DNA from: Eledone cirrhosa
Taxonomy: Eukaryota
Direction of reading: 5' to 3'
DNA length: 64,000 bases
Assembly (NCBI GenBank): GCA_964016885.1
Contig: OZ024765.1
Location: 2,790,001 to 2,854,000 of the forward strand
Of this stretch, positions 1 to 14,103 are shown in pieces. The notes beneath the pieces are model-generated. The model searched no databases, was not told where the DNA came from, and saw nothing but the letters and a program-made list of their open reading frames with translations. Numbering within the stretch: the first letter of the stretch is position 1; the number at the start of each line of letters is the position of its first letter. A program made the translations under genes and the position numbers.

Positions 1-230
1 CTATTAAATAAATTGCCAGCCAAGGTGCAAGATGAGGGCATCGCATAGGACTTCAAAATTGGGCCTGTATACTATGAACAAAGATGCCGACCACAGTGCA
101 GATGAGGGCAGGGCACAGGACTTCAAGATGAGGCCTGTAATATACCATCAAATCAAGTTGCCAACCAAGGTGAGAGGCAGGATACAGAACTTTAGAATGA
201 GACATATGTACTATAAATCAAATTGCCGGA
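1..230. repeat. Degenerate ~70-bp tandem repeat, ~3 copies
   Basis: Recurring aaattgccagccaaggtg..gagggca..caggacttcaa..tgaggcctgta..ctat motif. Confidence 0.6.
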
Positions 231-979
231 ACTTGCGCAACCAATCGATCTTGGCGTAAGGGGGCACAACACTTTGGGCCTTTGACTGTATGTGTCATGG
301 TATTTCAGTGGATTTTAAAAATGCCTGCCAGTGCCCAATTCCCCTCCAAACATATATAATTAAAATACAAACTTCAGAATTTAAAACAATTATATTAAAA
401 TATGTAATAAATTATCTTAATATCTAATTCTAGTCAAGAAAACCAAGGGAGCTAACTTTGGAATTTAAACAATTAAAATGAAAAAAAAAAAACTTTATCA
501 ATAATTAATTCTGGTCAAGAGTGTCAAGGGAGATAATTTTGGAACTTGAATATTAATTTTTTAAATTAATCAAAACTACATTGTGAGTCATCAGACAGGA
601 AAAGGATCTGATCTTTGACATACATGGATGAATTACTCCAGATATGTTTCCGCCTTATGAGGCCTTATCAGGCAAGCTTTAATCTGTCTGTTCTTGAGAG
701 CAAATCTTTGAATATCTTGGCAAATATAATGATAGGAATGGTGGAATCTCTGTACAGTATATATGTTGTTTAAATACAAATGCCTGAAAAAACATTTTGG
801 AAAAGCACAACTCCTTCTTTTTCTTCCTCCCTCCCAGCCTCCTGTCCTATAAATCTAAAGTTTTCGGGAGGGGGTGTAATAATTTATTAACCCTATAACA
901 CCTCAATTATCAAAAATGCAGAAGAAATGAGAAAAGGGAACCTTATATAGACAATGTTACCAACGAATGAACCCCTAAA

Positions 980-1185
980 TACGAGGATCGGCTGAAGAGT
1001 TCACAGGCAGATTATGAAGGAGTGATGCTAGAGCTGTGAAATCTCTCATACATGCATTAATTTCAACTCTTCTTATTAATAACTGCATGGTTTCTTTCTA
1101 GATTCTATGTTGAAAAATAAACCTCATTTGGTCATTCCATGAGAGTATCTTGGTCAGCCTATGAATCTTTCATCTGACCCTCATA
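980..1185 (+). mobile_element. ~200-bp mariner-like MITE, family M1, copy 1
   Basis: Imperfect TIRs cgaggatcggctgaagagttcacaggc / gcctatgaatctttcatctgaccctca, TA on both sides; four more copies in the window. Confidence 0.8.
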
Positions 1186-1384
1186 TTTTAATATTGTTCA
1201 AACTTCAAAAAAGGGAAAAAGAGAAAGAAAAGTCAAAGCTTCATCCAAAATGTTTTGTATGCTATTTTCTCCTTCATTAGGGTGTTTTAATTAAAACAAA
1301 AATATAGGCTGTTTTGAGAAGCAGGTAATGACAGCAAAACTTCGAAATAAACACTCGCAATTAATGATGAATGTTATAATTAAA

Positions 1385-1475
1385 TTCGATAATGTGAGAG
1401 TTCCAAAAGTATAAAATATATGTAGTGACTGTGAATTACTATAAATAATAGTTGAGAAATTGGGCAAATTAACCC
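1385..1475 (-). repeat. Unclassified dispersed repeat fragment (inverted homolog of 2544-2640)
   Basis: Reverse complement aligns with 2544-2640 (tttctca(a/g)ctattatttatagt ... tttgg(a/g)actc(t/c)cacatt(a/t)tc). Confidence 0.55.
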
Positions 1476-1577
1476 TAGAGTGGTGTGACATCAAACGGTG
1501 TTGGCCCAATTGTTTAGAATCCTCAGCCATATCGTAGAGCAAATGATTTTTGTGGTGTAAATTTTCTTTTTTTCCCA

Positions 1578-1832
1578 TCCCTAAGGGGTAGTTTAACTAA
1601 ATTGTCTTCTTTTTCAAATCCCTAAGGGGTAGTTTAACTAAATTGTCTTCTTTTTCCAATCCCTAAGGGGTAGTTTAACTAAATTGTCTTCTTTTTCCAA
1701 TCCCTAAGGGATAGTTTAACTAAATTGTCTTCTTTTCCCCAACCCTAAGCATAATTTACCAAGATTTCTTTTTTTCCAATCCCTAAGGGGTAATTTAATC
1801 AAAGTTTCTTTTATCTTTTCCACTCACTAAAG
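1578..1832. repeat. ~41-bp minisatellite, ~6 copies
   Basis: Unit atccctaaggggtagtttaactaaattgtcttctttttcca. Confidence 0.9.
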
Positions 1833-1837
1833 GGTGA

Positions 1838-2360
1838 AGATATGTAGCTTAGTGGTTACAGAATTGGATTCACAATCGTGAGGTTACAAGTTCGATCCCT
1901 GGACCAAGTGATGTGTTATGTCCTAGAGCAAGACACTTTATTTCATGTCGCTCCTTCAACTAGTGGAGGCATGTAGCCTAGTGGTAAGGGTGTTGGACTT
2001 ACGATCATAATGTCGTGGGTTCGATTCCTGGTCTGGGTTGCGTGTTGTGTTCTTGAGCAAAATACTTCATTTCATGTTGCTCCAGTATACTCAGCTGAAA
2101 ATGAGTACCAGTAATAGCTGGGAGTTTAACCTTGTGATGGACTGGTGTCCTGTCCAGGGGGGAGTCTTGTTCACTCAGTCGCTTCAGGCCATGAAACCTG
2201 GATAAGCACCGGCCTAATGAGCCTTCTGGCTTAAGACAGACTTTAACCCTGCAATGGACTGGTGTCCTGTCCAGGGGGGAGTCTTGTACTCTCAGTCGCT
2301 TCACACCATGAAACCGGGGTAAGCATCAGCTTAACAAACTTTCTGGCTTAAAACGGATTT
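1838..2360 (+). mobile_element. Two tandem tRNA-derived SINEs (family B), the second with a duplicated 3' part
   Basis: A box tagc(t/c)tagtgg and B box gttcgat(c/t)cc, followed by a CORE-like tgttcttgagcaa.a.actt domain; segment 2138-2245 repeated at 2255-2360. Confidence 0.8.
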
Positions 2361-2399
2361 TAGATCATTTTTAGATTAATTAGACCTTCAGCCAGGTGT

Positions 2400-2660
2400 T
2401 GTGACCAGTAAACAGTATCAGTAATTGAAAAGACCAATGGAAACATTGTTTCCTTGGTCCGATTTGACAAGCTCTACCCAATCCCCACCCTACTTGGTGA
2501 ACGAATCAGGTCTAGGAACTTGTCAATTGGTTATCATCATGAAAGGGTCGTTTACCCACATTTTCTCAGCTATTATTTATAGTGATCAACTGTTGTTCCA
2601 GTCAGTTTCTACGTTTGGGACTCCCACATTTTCAAATTTCAAACACTCCCACCACAACTT
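2400..2660 (+). repeat. Unclassified dispersed repeat
   Basis: 2425-2470 matches the reverse complement of 45550-45595 (ccaatggaaacattgtt.cct.ggtccgatttga); 2544-2640 matches the reverse complement of 1385-1475. Confidence 0.55.
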
Positions 2661-2864
2661 CAATAGTTCATAAGATTGAAACAATATAATGATTTTATAA
2701 ATGGTATAAGGTGAATAGAAGTCCTTCATTCAGTGCCACAACCTGACAACACAGGTTATTGAACAACAACCAAGCACATTTACCCCTGAATAATTACAGG
2801 TACATATGCTTTCTTTGTTTTTATTTTATTTTATTTTGTTTTTTGTTGGTTTTGTAATTGTTAA

Positions 2865-4300
2865 TTTTAATGTGTTTATATTTATCTAAAACCTTTCATA
2901 ATTTTATGTAAGAACCTTTGTTAAGTTATGTTCCTAACACTGGTTCAATTATACAAAACTGTTAATTTTAAAGTGTTTATATTTATCTAAAACCTTTCAT
3001 AATTTTATGTAAGAACCTTTGTTAAGTTATGTTCCAAACACTGGTTCTATGATACAAACTGTTTGTTTTAATGTGTTTATATTTATCAAAAAACCTTTCA
3101 TTATAATTTTATGTAAGAACCTTTGTTAAGTTATGTTCCAAACACTGGTTCTATGATACAAAACTGTTTGTTTTAATGTGTTTATATTTATCAAAAAACC
3201 TTTCATTATAATGTTATGTAAGAACCTTTGTTAAATTATGTTCCAAACACTGGTTCTATGATACAAAACTGTTTGTTTTAATGTGTTTATATTTATCAAA
3301 AAACCTTTCATTATAATTTTATGTAAGAACCTTTGTTAAGTTATGTTCCAAACAATACTTAACTCTTTTATTACTAAACCACCGTGAAACCACCTCTGGT
3401 TCTAAGATACAAAATTGTTTGTTTTTAAGTGTTTATATTTATTTTTTAAAAAAAAGCTTTTAACATAATTTTTATGTAAAAACCTTTGTTAAACTATGTT
3501 CCAAATAATAAATTAATCCTTTTGTTACCAAACCATGTAAAACCACCCCTGGTTCTATGACACAAAGCTGTTTGTTAAAAAGTGTTTATATTTATTTAAA
3601 AACTTTCCATCGTAATTTTATATAAGTACCTTTGTTAAGTTATGTTCCAAACACCAACTTAATAAAGAGAAATTTTTTTATATTACTAAATTCTTCCGAA
3701 TTCTTGATTATTTTCAAAATTATTTAAAAATCATAGGCAATGTTTTTAACTAAAAATAGGGTAATGAAATGTTTTAAGTGTTTATATTTATCTAAAAACT
3801 CCCAAACACAAGGTTAATAAGACTGTCTTTCATTAGAAATATGGCAATGAAAGAGTTAAAATGTTTATATTTATCTAAAAAACTTCCTCCATCATAATTT
3901 TATGTAAGAACCTTTGTTAAGTTATGTTCCAATCACCAGTTTAATAAGACAATGTCTTTCATTAGAAATATGGCAATGAAAGAGTTAAAGTGTTTATATT
4001 TATCTAAAAACTTTCATAATTTTGTGTAAGAACCTTTGTTAAGTTATGTTCCAAATCGTACATGGTGTCTTTCATGAGAAATATGGTAATGAAAGAATTA
4101 AAGTGTTTATATATATCTAAAAACCTTCCTCCATCATAATTGTATATAAGAACCTTTGTCAAGTTATGTTCCAAACATCAACTTAATAACAAGAAAGTTA
4201 GTTATATTACCAAAATCCCTCCAAATTCGTAATTATTTTCCAAATAAATTGCAAACCACAGACATTCTCTTTAATTAGAAATATGGTAACGAAGGGGTTA
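2865..4300 (+). repeat. Array of ~90-140-bp AT-rich repeat units
   Basis: About 10 copies of gtgtttatatttatctaaaacctttcataattttatgtaagaacctttgttaagttatgttccaaacac; same family inverted at 58130-58330. Confidence 0.85.
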
Positions 4301-4374
4301 ATTAATTGAAATCTGGCCAGCCATAGGATTCTGATTATTGAACTATAGATTGTAAAATATTGATTTTGATCAAT

Positions 4375-5720
<1,346 letters not shown>

Positions 5721-6075
5721 TATTAGCTATTTCATAACAATATTATTTAAGGTTACCAGCTGGTTTCATACCAGATGCAGATTATTTTATTGGAGATAAT
5801 TATATCTATCTACATCTGCTCACCAACCCTCAGACCTTAATGTTTACAAATGGCTGCGAACATATATTCATATAGGTATGTATATACACATATATATATA
5901 TAGTAACAATAATAAATACAAAGACCAAATTCCTGAGAAGACTCAGTAAGGGTCGTATATATATATATATAAATATATATATATATTATATATTTCCGTA
6001 GAAAAAGTAAAGGAAAGAAGGGTGCTCTATGTAAAAAAGAGCTATTTGATTACATAATAAATAACACAATATAAT

Positions 6076-6146
6076 TGTTCCATTACCAAAGGTTTCAGGA
6101 AACTAGATCTTTACAGAAACATCCAGTATGCTCATCAGATGAAATA
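6076..6146 (-). ncRNA. Type I hammerhead ribozyme motif
   Basis: Minus strand reads UAUUUCAU-CUGAUGA-G..stem II..U-GAAAC-CUUUG-GUA-AUGGAACA. Confidence 0.7.
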
Positions 6147-6152
6147 GTTAAC

Positions 6153-6226
6153 TATTTCATCTGATGAGCATACTGGACGTTTCTGTTAGGATGTTCTAGT
6201 TTCCTGAAACCTTTGGTAATGGAATA
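6153..6226 (+). ncRNA. Type I hammerhead ribozyme motif
   Basis: Stem I UAUUUCAU/AUGGAAUA, core CUGAUGA, long stem II (ACUGGAC../..UCUAGU), GAAA, stem III ACC/GGU, cleavage triplet GUA. Confidence 0.75.
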
Positions 6227-6298
6227 ATTATATTGTGTTGTTTATTATGTAATTAAATATATATATATATAATTATGTAATAAACAACATAAGACAAT

Positions 6299-6374
6299 TA
6301 TTCCATTTACCAAAGGTTTCATGAAGACAGACGAACCCGACACACACGTCTGAAATCGCTCATCAGAATGATAT
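6299..6374 (-). ncRNA. Type I hammerhead ribozyme motif
   Basis: Minus strand reads UCAUU-CUGAUGA-G..CAGACG..CGUCUG..U-GAAAC-CUUUG-GUA-AAUGG. Confidence 0.7.
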
Positions 6375-6378
6375 TAAA

Positions 6379-6453
6379 TTTTCATCCTGATGAGTGATTT
6401 CAGACATCTGTGTTGAGCTTGTCTGTCTTCCTGAAACCTTTGGTAAATGGAAT
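6379..6453 (+). ncRNA. Type I hammerhead ribozyme motif
   Basis: UUUCAUC-CUGAUGA-G..CAGACA..UGUCUG..U-GAAAC-CUUUG-GUA-AAUGGAA; first stem I pair is mismatched. Confidence 0.62.
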
Positions 6454-6542
6454 AATTATCTTATGTTGTTTATTATGTAACTAAATAGCTCTGTAGCTTA
6501 CATAGAGCACTCTCCTTTCCTTTACCTTTCCTACGGAAATAC

Positions 6543-6627
<85 letters not shown>

Positions 6628-6830
6628 GTGGGGGGTGGGGGGTCACCATATGTGGCTTCTCAGACTGGTGAATAGAGAAATCCTCCCCACTTACTCTGGT
6701 GGGTCTGGTGGTATGTCAGAGAAAAATATATATGAAGGTAACCTCTTCCAGGGTCTCGGGTAGGAAAGGGGAATACTTTGGTAGCATTTCATAAATGTCA
6801 TTTTTGTTTTTGTTTAATTTTTATGTATTT

Positions 6831-7046
6831 TACGGGGGGGGGGGGTCAGCTGAAAAGCTACAGGCTGACTATGAAGGAGTGATGCTAGAGCTGTGAAATC
6901 TGCATGCAGTATTTAGTAATTTCAACCCCTTTTTATTCATAACTGCATTGTTTCTTTCCAGGAACTATGTTGAAAAAATAAACCTCATTTGGTCATTCCA
7001 TGAGAGTATCTTGGTCAGCTTATGACCTTTTAAGCCAACTCTTGTA
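6831..7046 (+). mobile_element. Mariner-like MITE M1, copy 2
   Basis: Same TIRs and internal sequence as 980-1185. Confidence 0.8.
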
Positions 7047-7051
7047 AATAA

Positions 7052-7083
<32 letters not shown>

Positions 7084-7145
7084 ATGTATATATGTATGTA
7101 TATATATAAGTATGTATATGTATGTATATATATGTATGTATATAC

Positions 7146-7344
7146 ATGAGGGTCGGCTTAAAAGTACACAGGCTGACTATGAAAGAGTGATGCTAGAGAT
7201 GTGAAATCTTGCCTGCATTCATTTCAGTTATTCTTATTAATAACTGCATTGTTTCTTTCTAGGAACTATACTTAAAATAAACCGCATTTGGTCATTCCAT
7301 GAGAGTATCTTGGTCAGCCTATGAATTTTTCAGCTAACCCTCGT
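7146..7344 (+). mobile_element. Mariner-like MITE M1, copy 3
   Basis: tgagggtcggcttaaaagt...ttttcagctaaccctcg. Confidence 0.8.
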
Positions 7345-7384
7345 TTTTGTTTGGTTTTTTGTTTGTTTTTTTACATTCTGGGCC

Positions 7385-8090
7385 TCTATTTATAGAAATG
7401 CAGTATTTTAAATACAAAATTGTCTCCCTGTATAGGGACCTCGAGCAACAGTTTTTAAGGGAGGGGGCATATTTAGGGATCACAGAATAACATCTATTAC
7501 CCTTGCTCGTTTTTGTTTGTCTCTACAAGGAGAGACATTTGTATGACATGCAGATCTTTACTCACAAAACATTTGTTGTATTGGGTCTTCCAGTAACAGT
7601 TTGAAAAAAAAGGGGTCATTTGAGCATTTTTTCTATATCTATCATACCCCTTTGTTTTATATTTACAAGGAGGGGAGACAGTTATGGGAAATGCAGATCT
7701 CCAAGTACCACATCCCTACAGAATCTGCTCCTCGGGTAGCAGTTTAAAAAATAATAGGGGACATTTAGACAAATTTCTTATATCTATCATACCTGCATTA
7801 CTTAATTTTACAAGGAGAGACAGTTCTGGGAAATGTAAATCTTTAAGTACCAAAATCTTAGTGTCTGATCCTCAGGTAGCAGTTTGAAAAAGGAAGGAGT
7901 TTTGGGTGGTTTTGGGTGGTTTTGCTCTACCTAAAATCCTTCTTGTTTTTTTTTTTGTTTTTTTTTTTGTTTGTTTGTTTGTTTTTTTTTTTGTTTTTTT
8001 TTTGTTTTTTGTTTTTTTTTGGGGGGGGTCTTCACTTTTCCAAGGGGGAGAGGGGGTGAGACAGTTGTATGAAATACAAACCTTCAAAAA
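7385..8090. repeat. Highly degenerate ~145-bp tandem repeat
   Basis: Recurring tacaaggagagaca.tt.t..gaaatgcagatct and tagcagtttgaaaaa motifs near 7395, 7545, 7688, 7830 and 8070. Confidence 0.55.
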
Positions 8091-8254
8091 TCAAACTAAT
8101 ACTGTATATAAACTCTTTAAGCAAAAGTTTGAAAAATGAGAGTATTTATCAAAATATTTAGACCCCTAAAATTGCCGCTATTTTTTTTTATTTTATTTTT
8201 TTTTTTATCTTTATTTATTTATTTTTCATCTTGTCTGCCTAAATTTGGAACAAG

Positions 8255-8304
<50 letters not shown>

Positions 8305-8624
8305 TATTTTTTTCATTCAAGAATCTCCCTCCCATTAAAACTTAACATGGGATGGAGGAAGTTTACAGAGGGGATAATGGAGCATTATAGATATAATATT
8401 ATATATTATTATATATTATATATATAATAAACTATCTGTTATGCTGAAGAAATATACAATGCGCACATGATCTTACTGTTTAAATACAACACGCACAGAA
8501 TCCGAGGGGTGTAAAGATGTGAAGGGTGTCCAATCAACGGGAAGATGTTATTAACTGCGAACCTGTTGATTGATTGGTAGTGTAACCTCTATCGATTGGT
8601 AGTAAAATCGAACTGTTTATATGG

Positions 8625-10125
<1,501 letters not shown>

Positions 10126-10568
10126 ATGCTTTTCAAATTAATCCATATACATATATCTCCTATCGGCTGGTTAATTCCTTAATCCCACAACATAGTGATT
10201 AACATATATTAACATATATTAACATATATTAACATATATTAACATATATTCATGTGTACTAATATGTATTCACGGACAAAAAAAAAGAAACATAATACAG
10301 AAAATTTAAAAAAAAAATTTTGCAATTAAATGAAAATGAATTTTTTAAAAAAATATTGTATTACATAACAACACTAATACAACAACAACAACAACAACAA
10401 TATAATATTGTTTTAATATTAATCTTGTATAATAAAGAAACATATATATATACTTGTGTACGATTATTTTATTTTATCAGAATATATATATAGTTGATGA
10501 ATAAAGTTATAAAAACCTTTAAAACTGTTTCTGCTGCTTTTCTTTCTGAGTTATATTTTTAATCTTAC

Positions 10569-13097
10569 ATAGTTAGTATTAGTGGCTATCAGACATAGTG
10601 TATGTAGGACTACATTATCTAATGTACAGTATAGTAGTTAGTATTAGTTGCTATCAGACACAGTGTATCTAGGACTACATTATCTAATGTACAGTACAGT
10701 AGTTAGTATTAGTGGCTATCAGACATAGTGTATCTAGGACTACACTATCTAATGTACAGTACAGTAGTTAGTATTAGTGGCTATCAGACATAGTGTATGT
10801 AGGACTACATTATCTAATGTACAGTATAGTAGTTAGTATTAGTGGCTATCAGACATAGTGTATCTAGGACTACATTATCTAATGTACAGTACAGTAGTTA
10901 GTATTAGTGGCTATCAGACATAGTGTATCTAGGACTATATTATCTAATGTACAGTACAGTAGTTAGTATTAGTGGCTATCAGACACAGTGTATATAGGAC
11001 TACATTATCTAATGTACAGTACAGTAGTTAGTATTAGTTGCTATCAGACATAGTGTATCTAGGACTACATTATCTAATGTACAGTACAGTAGTTAGTATT
11101 AGTGGCTATCAGACATAGTGTATCTAGGACTACATTATCTAATGTACAGTATAGTAGTTAGTATTAGTTGCTATCAGACATAGTGTATCTAGGACTACAT
11201 TATCTAATGTACAGTATAGTAGTTAGTATTAGTTGCTATCAGACATAGTGTATCTAGGACTACATTATCTAATGTACAGTATAGTAGTTAGTATCAGTGG
11301 CTATCAGACATAGTGTATCTAGGACTACATTATCTAATGTACAGTATAGTAGTTAGTATTAGTGGCTATCAGACATAGTGTATCTAGGACTACATTATCT
11401 AATGTACAGTACAGTAGTTAGTATTAGTTGCTATCAGACACAGTGTATCTAGGACTACATTATCTAATGTACAGTATAGTAGTTAGTATTAGTGGCTATC
11501 AGACATAGTGTATCTAGGACTACATTATCTAATGTACAGTATAGTAGTTAGTATTAGTTGCTATCAGACACAGTGTATCTAGGACTACATTATCTAATGT
11601 ACAGTATAGTAGTTAGTATTAGTGGCTATCAGACAGTGTATCTAGGACTACATTATCTAATGTATAGTACAGTAGTTAGTATTAGTGGCTATCAGACATA
11701 GTGTATCTAGGACTACATTATCTAATGTACAGTATAGTAGTTAGTATTAGTTGCTATCAGACATAGTGTATCTAGGACTACATTATCTAATGTACAGTAC
11801 AGTAGTTAGTATTAGTTGCTATCAGACACAGTGTATCTAGGACTACATTATCTAATGTACAGTATAGTAGTTAGTATTAGTGGCTATCAGACATAGTGTA
11901 TCTAGGACTACATTATCTAATGTACAGTACAGTAGTTAGTATTAGTGGCTATCAGACATAGTGTATCTAGGACTACATTATCTAATGTACAGTACAGTAG
12001 TTAGTATTAGTTGCTATCAGACATAGTGTATCTAGGACTACATTATCTAATGTACAGTACAGTAGTTAGTATTAGTGGCTATCAGACATAGTGTATCTAG
12101 GACTACATTATCTAATGTACAGTACAGTAGTTAGTATTAGTTGCTATCAGACATAGTGTATGTAGGACTACATTATCTAATGTACAGTACAGTAGTTAGT
12201 ATTAGTTGCTATCAGACATAGTGTATCTAGGACTACATTATCTAATGTACAGTACAGTAGTTAGTATTAGTGGTTATCAGACATAGTGTATCTAGGACTA
12301 CATTATCTAATGTACAGTACAGTAGTTAGTATTAGTGGCTATCAGACATAGTGTAGCTAGGACTATATTATCTAATGTACAGTATAGTAGTTAGTATTAG
12401 TGGCTATCAGACATAGTGTAGCTAGGACTATATTATCTAATGTACAGTACAGTAGTTAGTATTAGTGGCTATCAGACATAGTGTATCTAGGACTACATTA
12501 TCTAATGTACAGTATAGTAGTTAGTATTAGTGGCTATCAGACATAGTGTATCTAGGACTACATTATCTAATGTACAGTGCAGTAGTTAGTATTAGTTGCT
12601 ATCAGACATAGTGTATCTAGGACTACATTATCTAATGTACAGTACAGTAGTTAGTATTAGTTGCTATCAGACATAGTGTATCTAGGACTACATTATCTAA
12701 TGTACAGTACAGTAGTTAGTATTAGTGGCTATCAGACAGAGTGTATCTAGGACTACATTATCTAATGTACAGTACAGTAGTTAGTATTGGTGGCTATCAG
12801 ACATAGTGTATCTAGGACTACATTATCTAATGTACAGTACAGTAGTTAGTATTAGTTGCTATCAGACATAGTGTATCTAGGACTACAGTATCTAATGTAC
12901 AGTACAGTAGTTAGTATTAGTGGCTATCAGACATAGTGTATCTAGGACTACAATATCCAATGTACAGTGCAGTAGTTAGTATTAGTGGCTATCAGACCTA
13001 GTGTATCTAGGACTACATTATCTAATGTACAGTACAGTAGTTAGTATTAGTTGCTATCAGACATAGTGTATCTAGGACTACATTATCCAATGTACAG
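10569..13097. repeat. 65-bp satellite, ~39 near-identical copies
   Basis: Unit agtagttagtattagtggctatcagacatagtgtatctaggactacattatctaatgtacagtac. Confidence 0.97.
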
Positions 13098-13780
13098 TTC
13101 TTCTTGTTTCTACACATAATACAGAGAGATGAGGAGGGTGAGAGAGATGGGGGTGATGACAGCTGGAGTTCTGCTCTTCAGTGTTCAGACCTGTAAATAA
13201 ACACATAAATAAATAAACACACATACACACGCATGCGTAGATGTAACGCATGCCCCAAACTAAACACACAACACACAAAAACAAGATGGTGTAGAACAGA
13301 ACACAGGAGAGACACACAAAATAAAAACCTAGTCACTGAGGAGGTCACAGAATGTGTGATGAAAGAGCTTTGACAATATATAAACAACCTTCCTGTTATC
13401 GAACCAACCAACCGGAAACTTATAATAAATTCAAGTGAAACCAACAGGTGTGTGTGTTTTTATTGGCAACATGACTCTACCAAAGTATAAAAATATCTGT
13501 TTTTACATGCATAGCTTAGATGAGACAAGTTAGGTCAGGTGACCATGTCTTGCTCGTTCAGAACTGTTTCTAGCTTGGTTTCTATGGCTGGGTGCCCTAG
13601 CTTTCCTATTAAGGACATGTGGTTCGAAAGTCTCACAGGAAAGAATCACTCCAGGTAGAGCTGCTACTTCTTCAAATTGAGGGATCACAGCTCCGATATT
13701 ACAGACATGAGTTCAATTCCCAGGGGTGCATTGTGTCCTTGAGTAAGACACTTCATTTTACGCTACCCTCAATCATAAAT

Positions 13781-13968
13781 GATTTCTAGTATAGGCACAA
13801 GGCCAGTAATTTGGGGGGAGGGGAAAGTCGATTTAATTGACCCTAGTGTATTACTGGTACTTTATTTTATCAAGCCCATAAGGATGAGAGGCAAAGGTAA
13901 TCTGGGCGGGATTTGAACTCCGAACGTAAAGGGCCATAACTCTACCGATACTGCCAACCACCACCGTC
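13781..13968 (-). mobile_element. tRNA-derived SINE, family A
   Basis: Reverse complement of the A box/B box-bearing family seen at 56622-56825 (B box gagttcaaatcc; ataaaataaagtaccagtaa). Confidence 0.8.
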
Positions 13969-14103
13969 AATCATAAATAAAAAGGGAAAACTATTATCTT
14001 TCAAATGAAGAGAAAGAAGTGAGGGAGAAGACACTCACTTCCTCTCACAGACCACCACAAGGGAGCTGCAGTGTCCCCTTAATATTGGTGGCATTACTAC
14101 AGA

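Larger units (their letters stand above)
5991..6541. mobile_element. Double-hairpin element with four hammerhead motifs (probably Penelope-like pseudo-LTR derived)
   Basis: Outer inverted ends tatttccgtag..gtgctctatgtaa / ttacatagagcac..ctacggaaata; two internal hairpins centred near 6150 and 6375; end fragment recurs at 58814-58858. Confidence 0.75.

Noticed and set aside
640-682. Minus-strand hammerhead-like motif CUGAUAAG-GCCU-CAUA-AGGC-GGAAAC
   Set aside because: The C3-A8 mismatch and missing NUH cleavage triplet make it at best a dead relic; the same applies to ctgagaag..ggtcg at 5933-5955.
1838-2040. tRNA genes (also 39829-39900, 45830-45900, 56622-56712)
   Set aside because: A/B boxes are present, but there is no intact cloverleaf or terminator and each continues into a SINE body.
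5752-5875. Plus-strand exon-like segment bounded by AG and GTATGT
   Set aside because: All three frames contain a stop and no homology was recognised; it could only be non-coding.
13078-13190. Minus-strand terminal exon candidate after tttatttacag
   Set aside because: No recognisable protein and no upstream exon could be linked.
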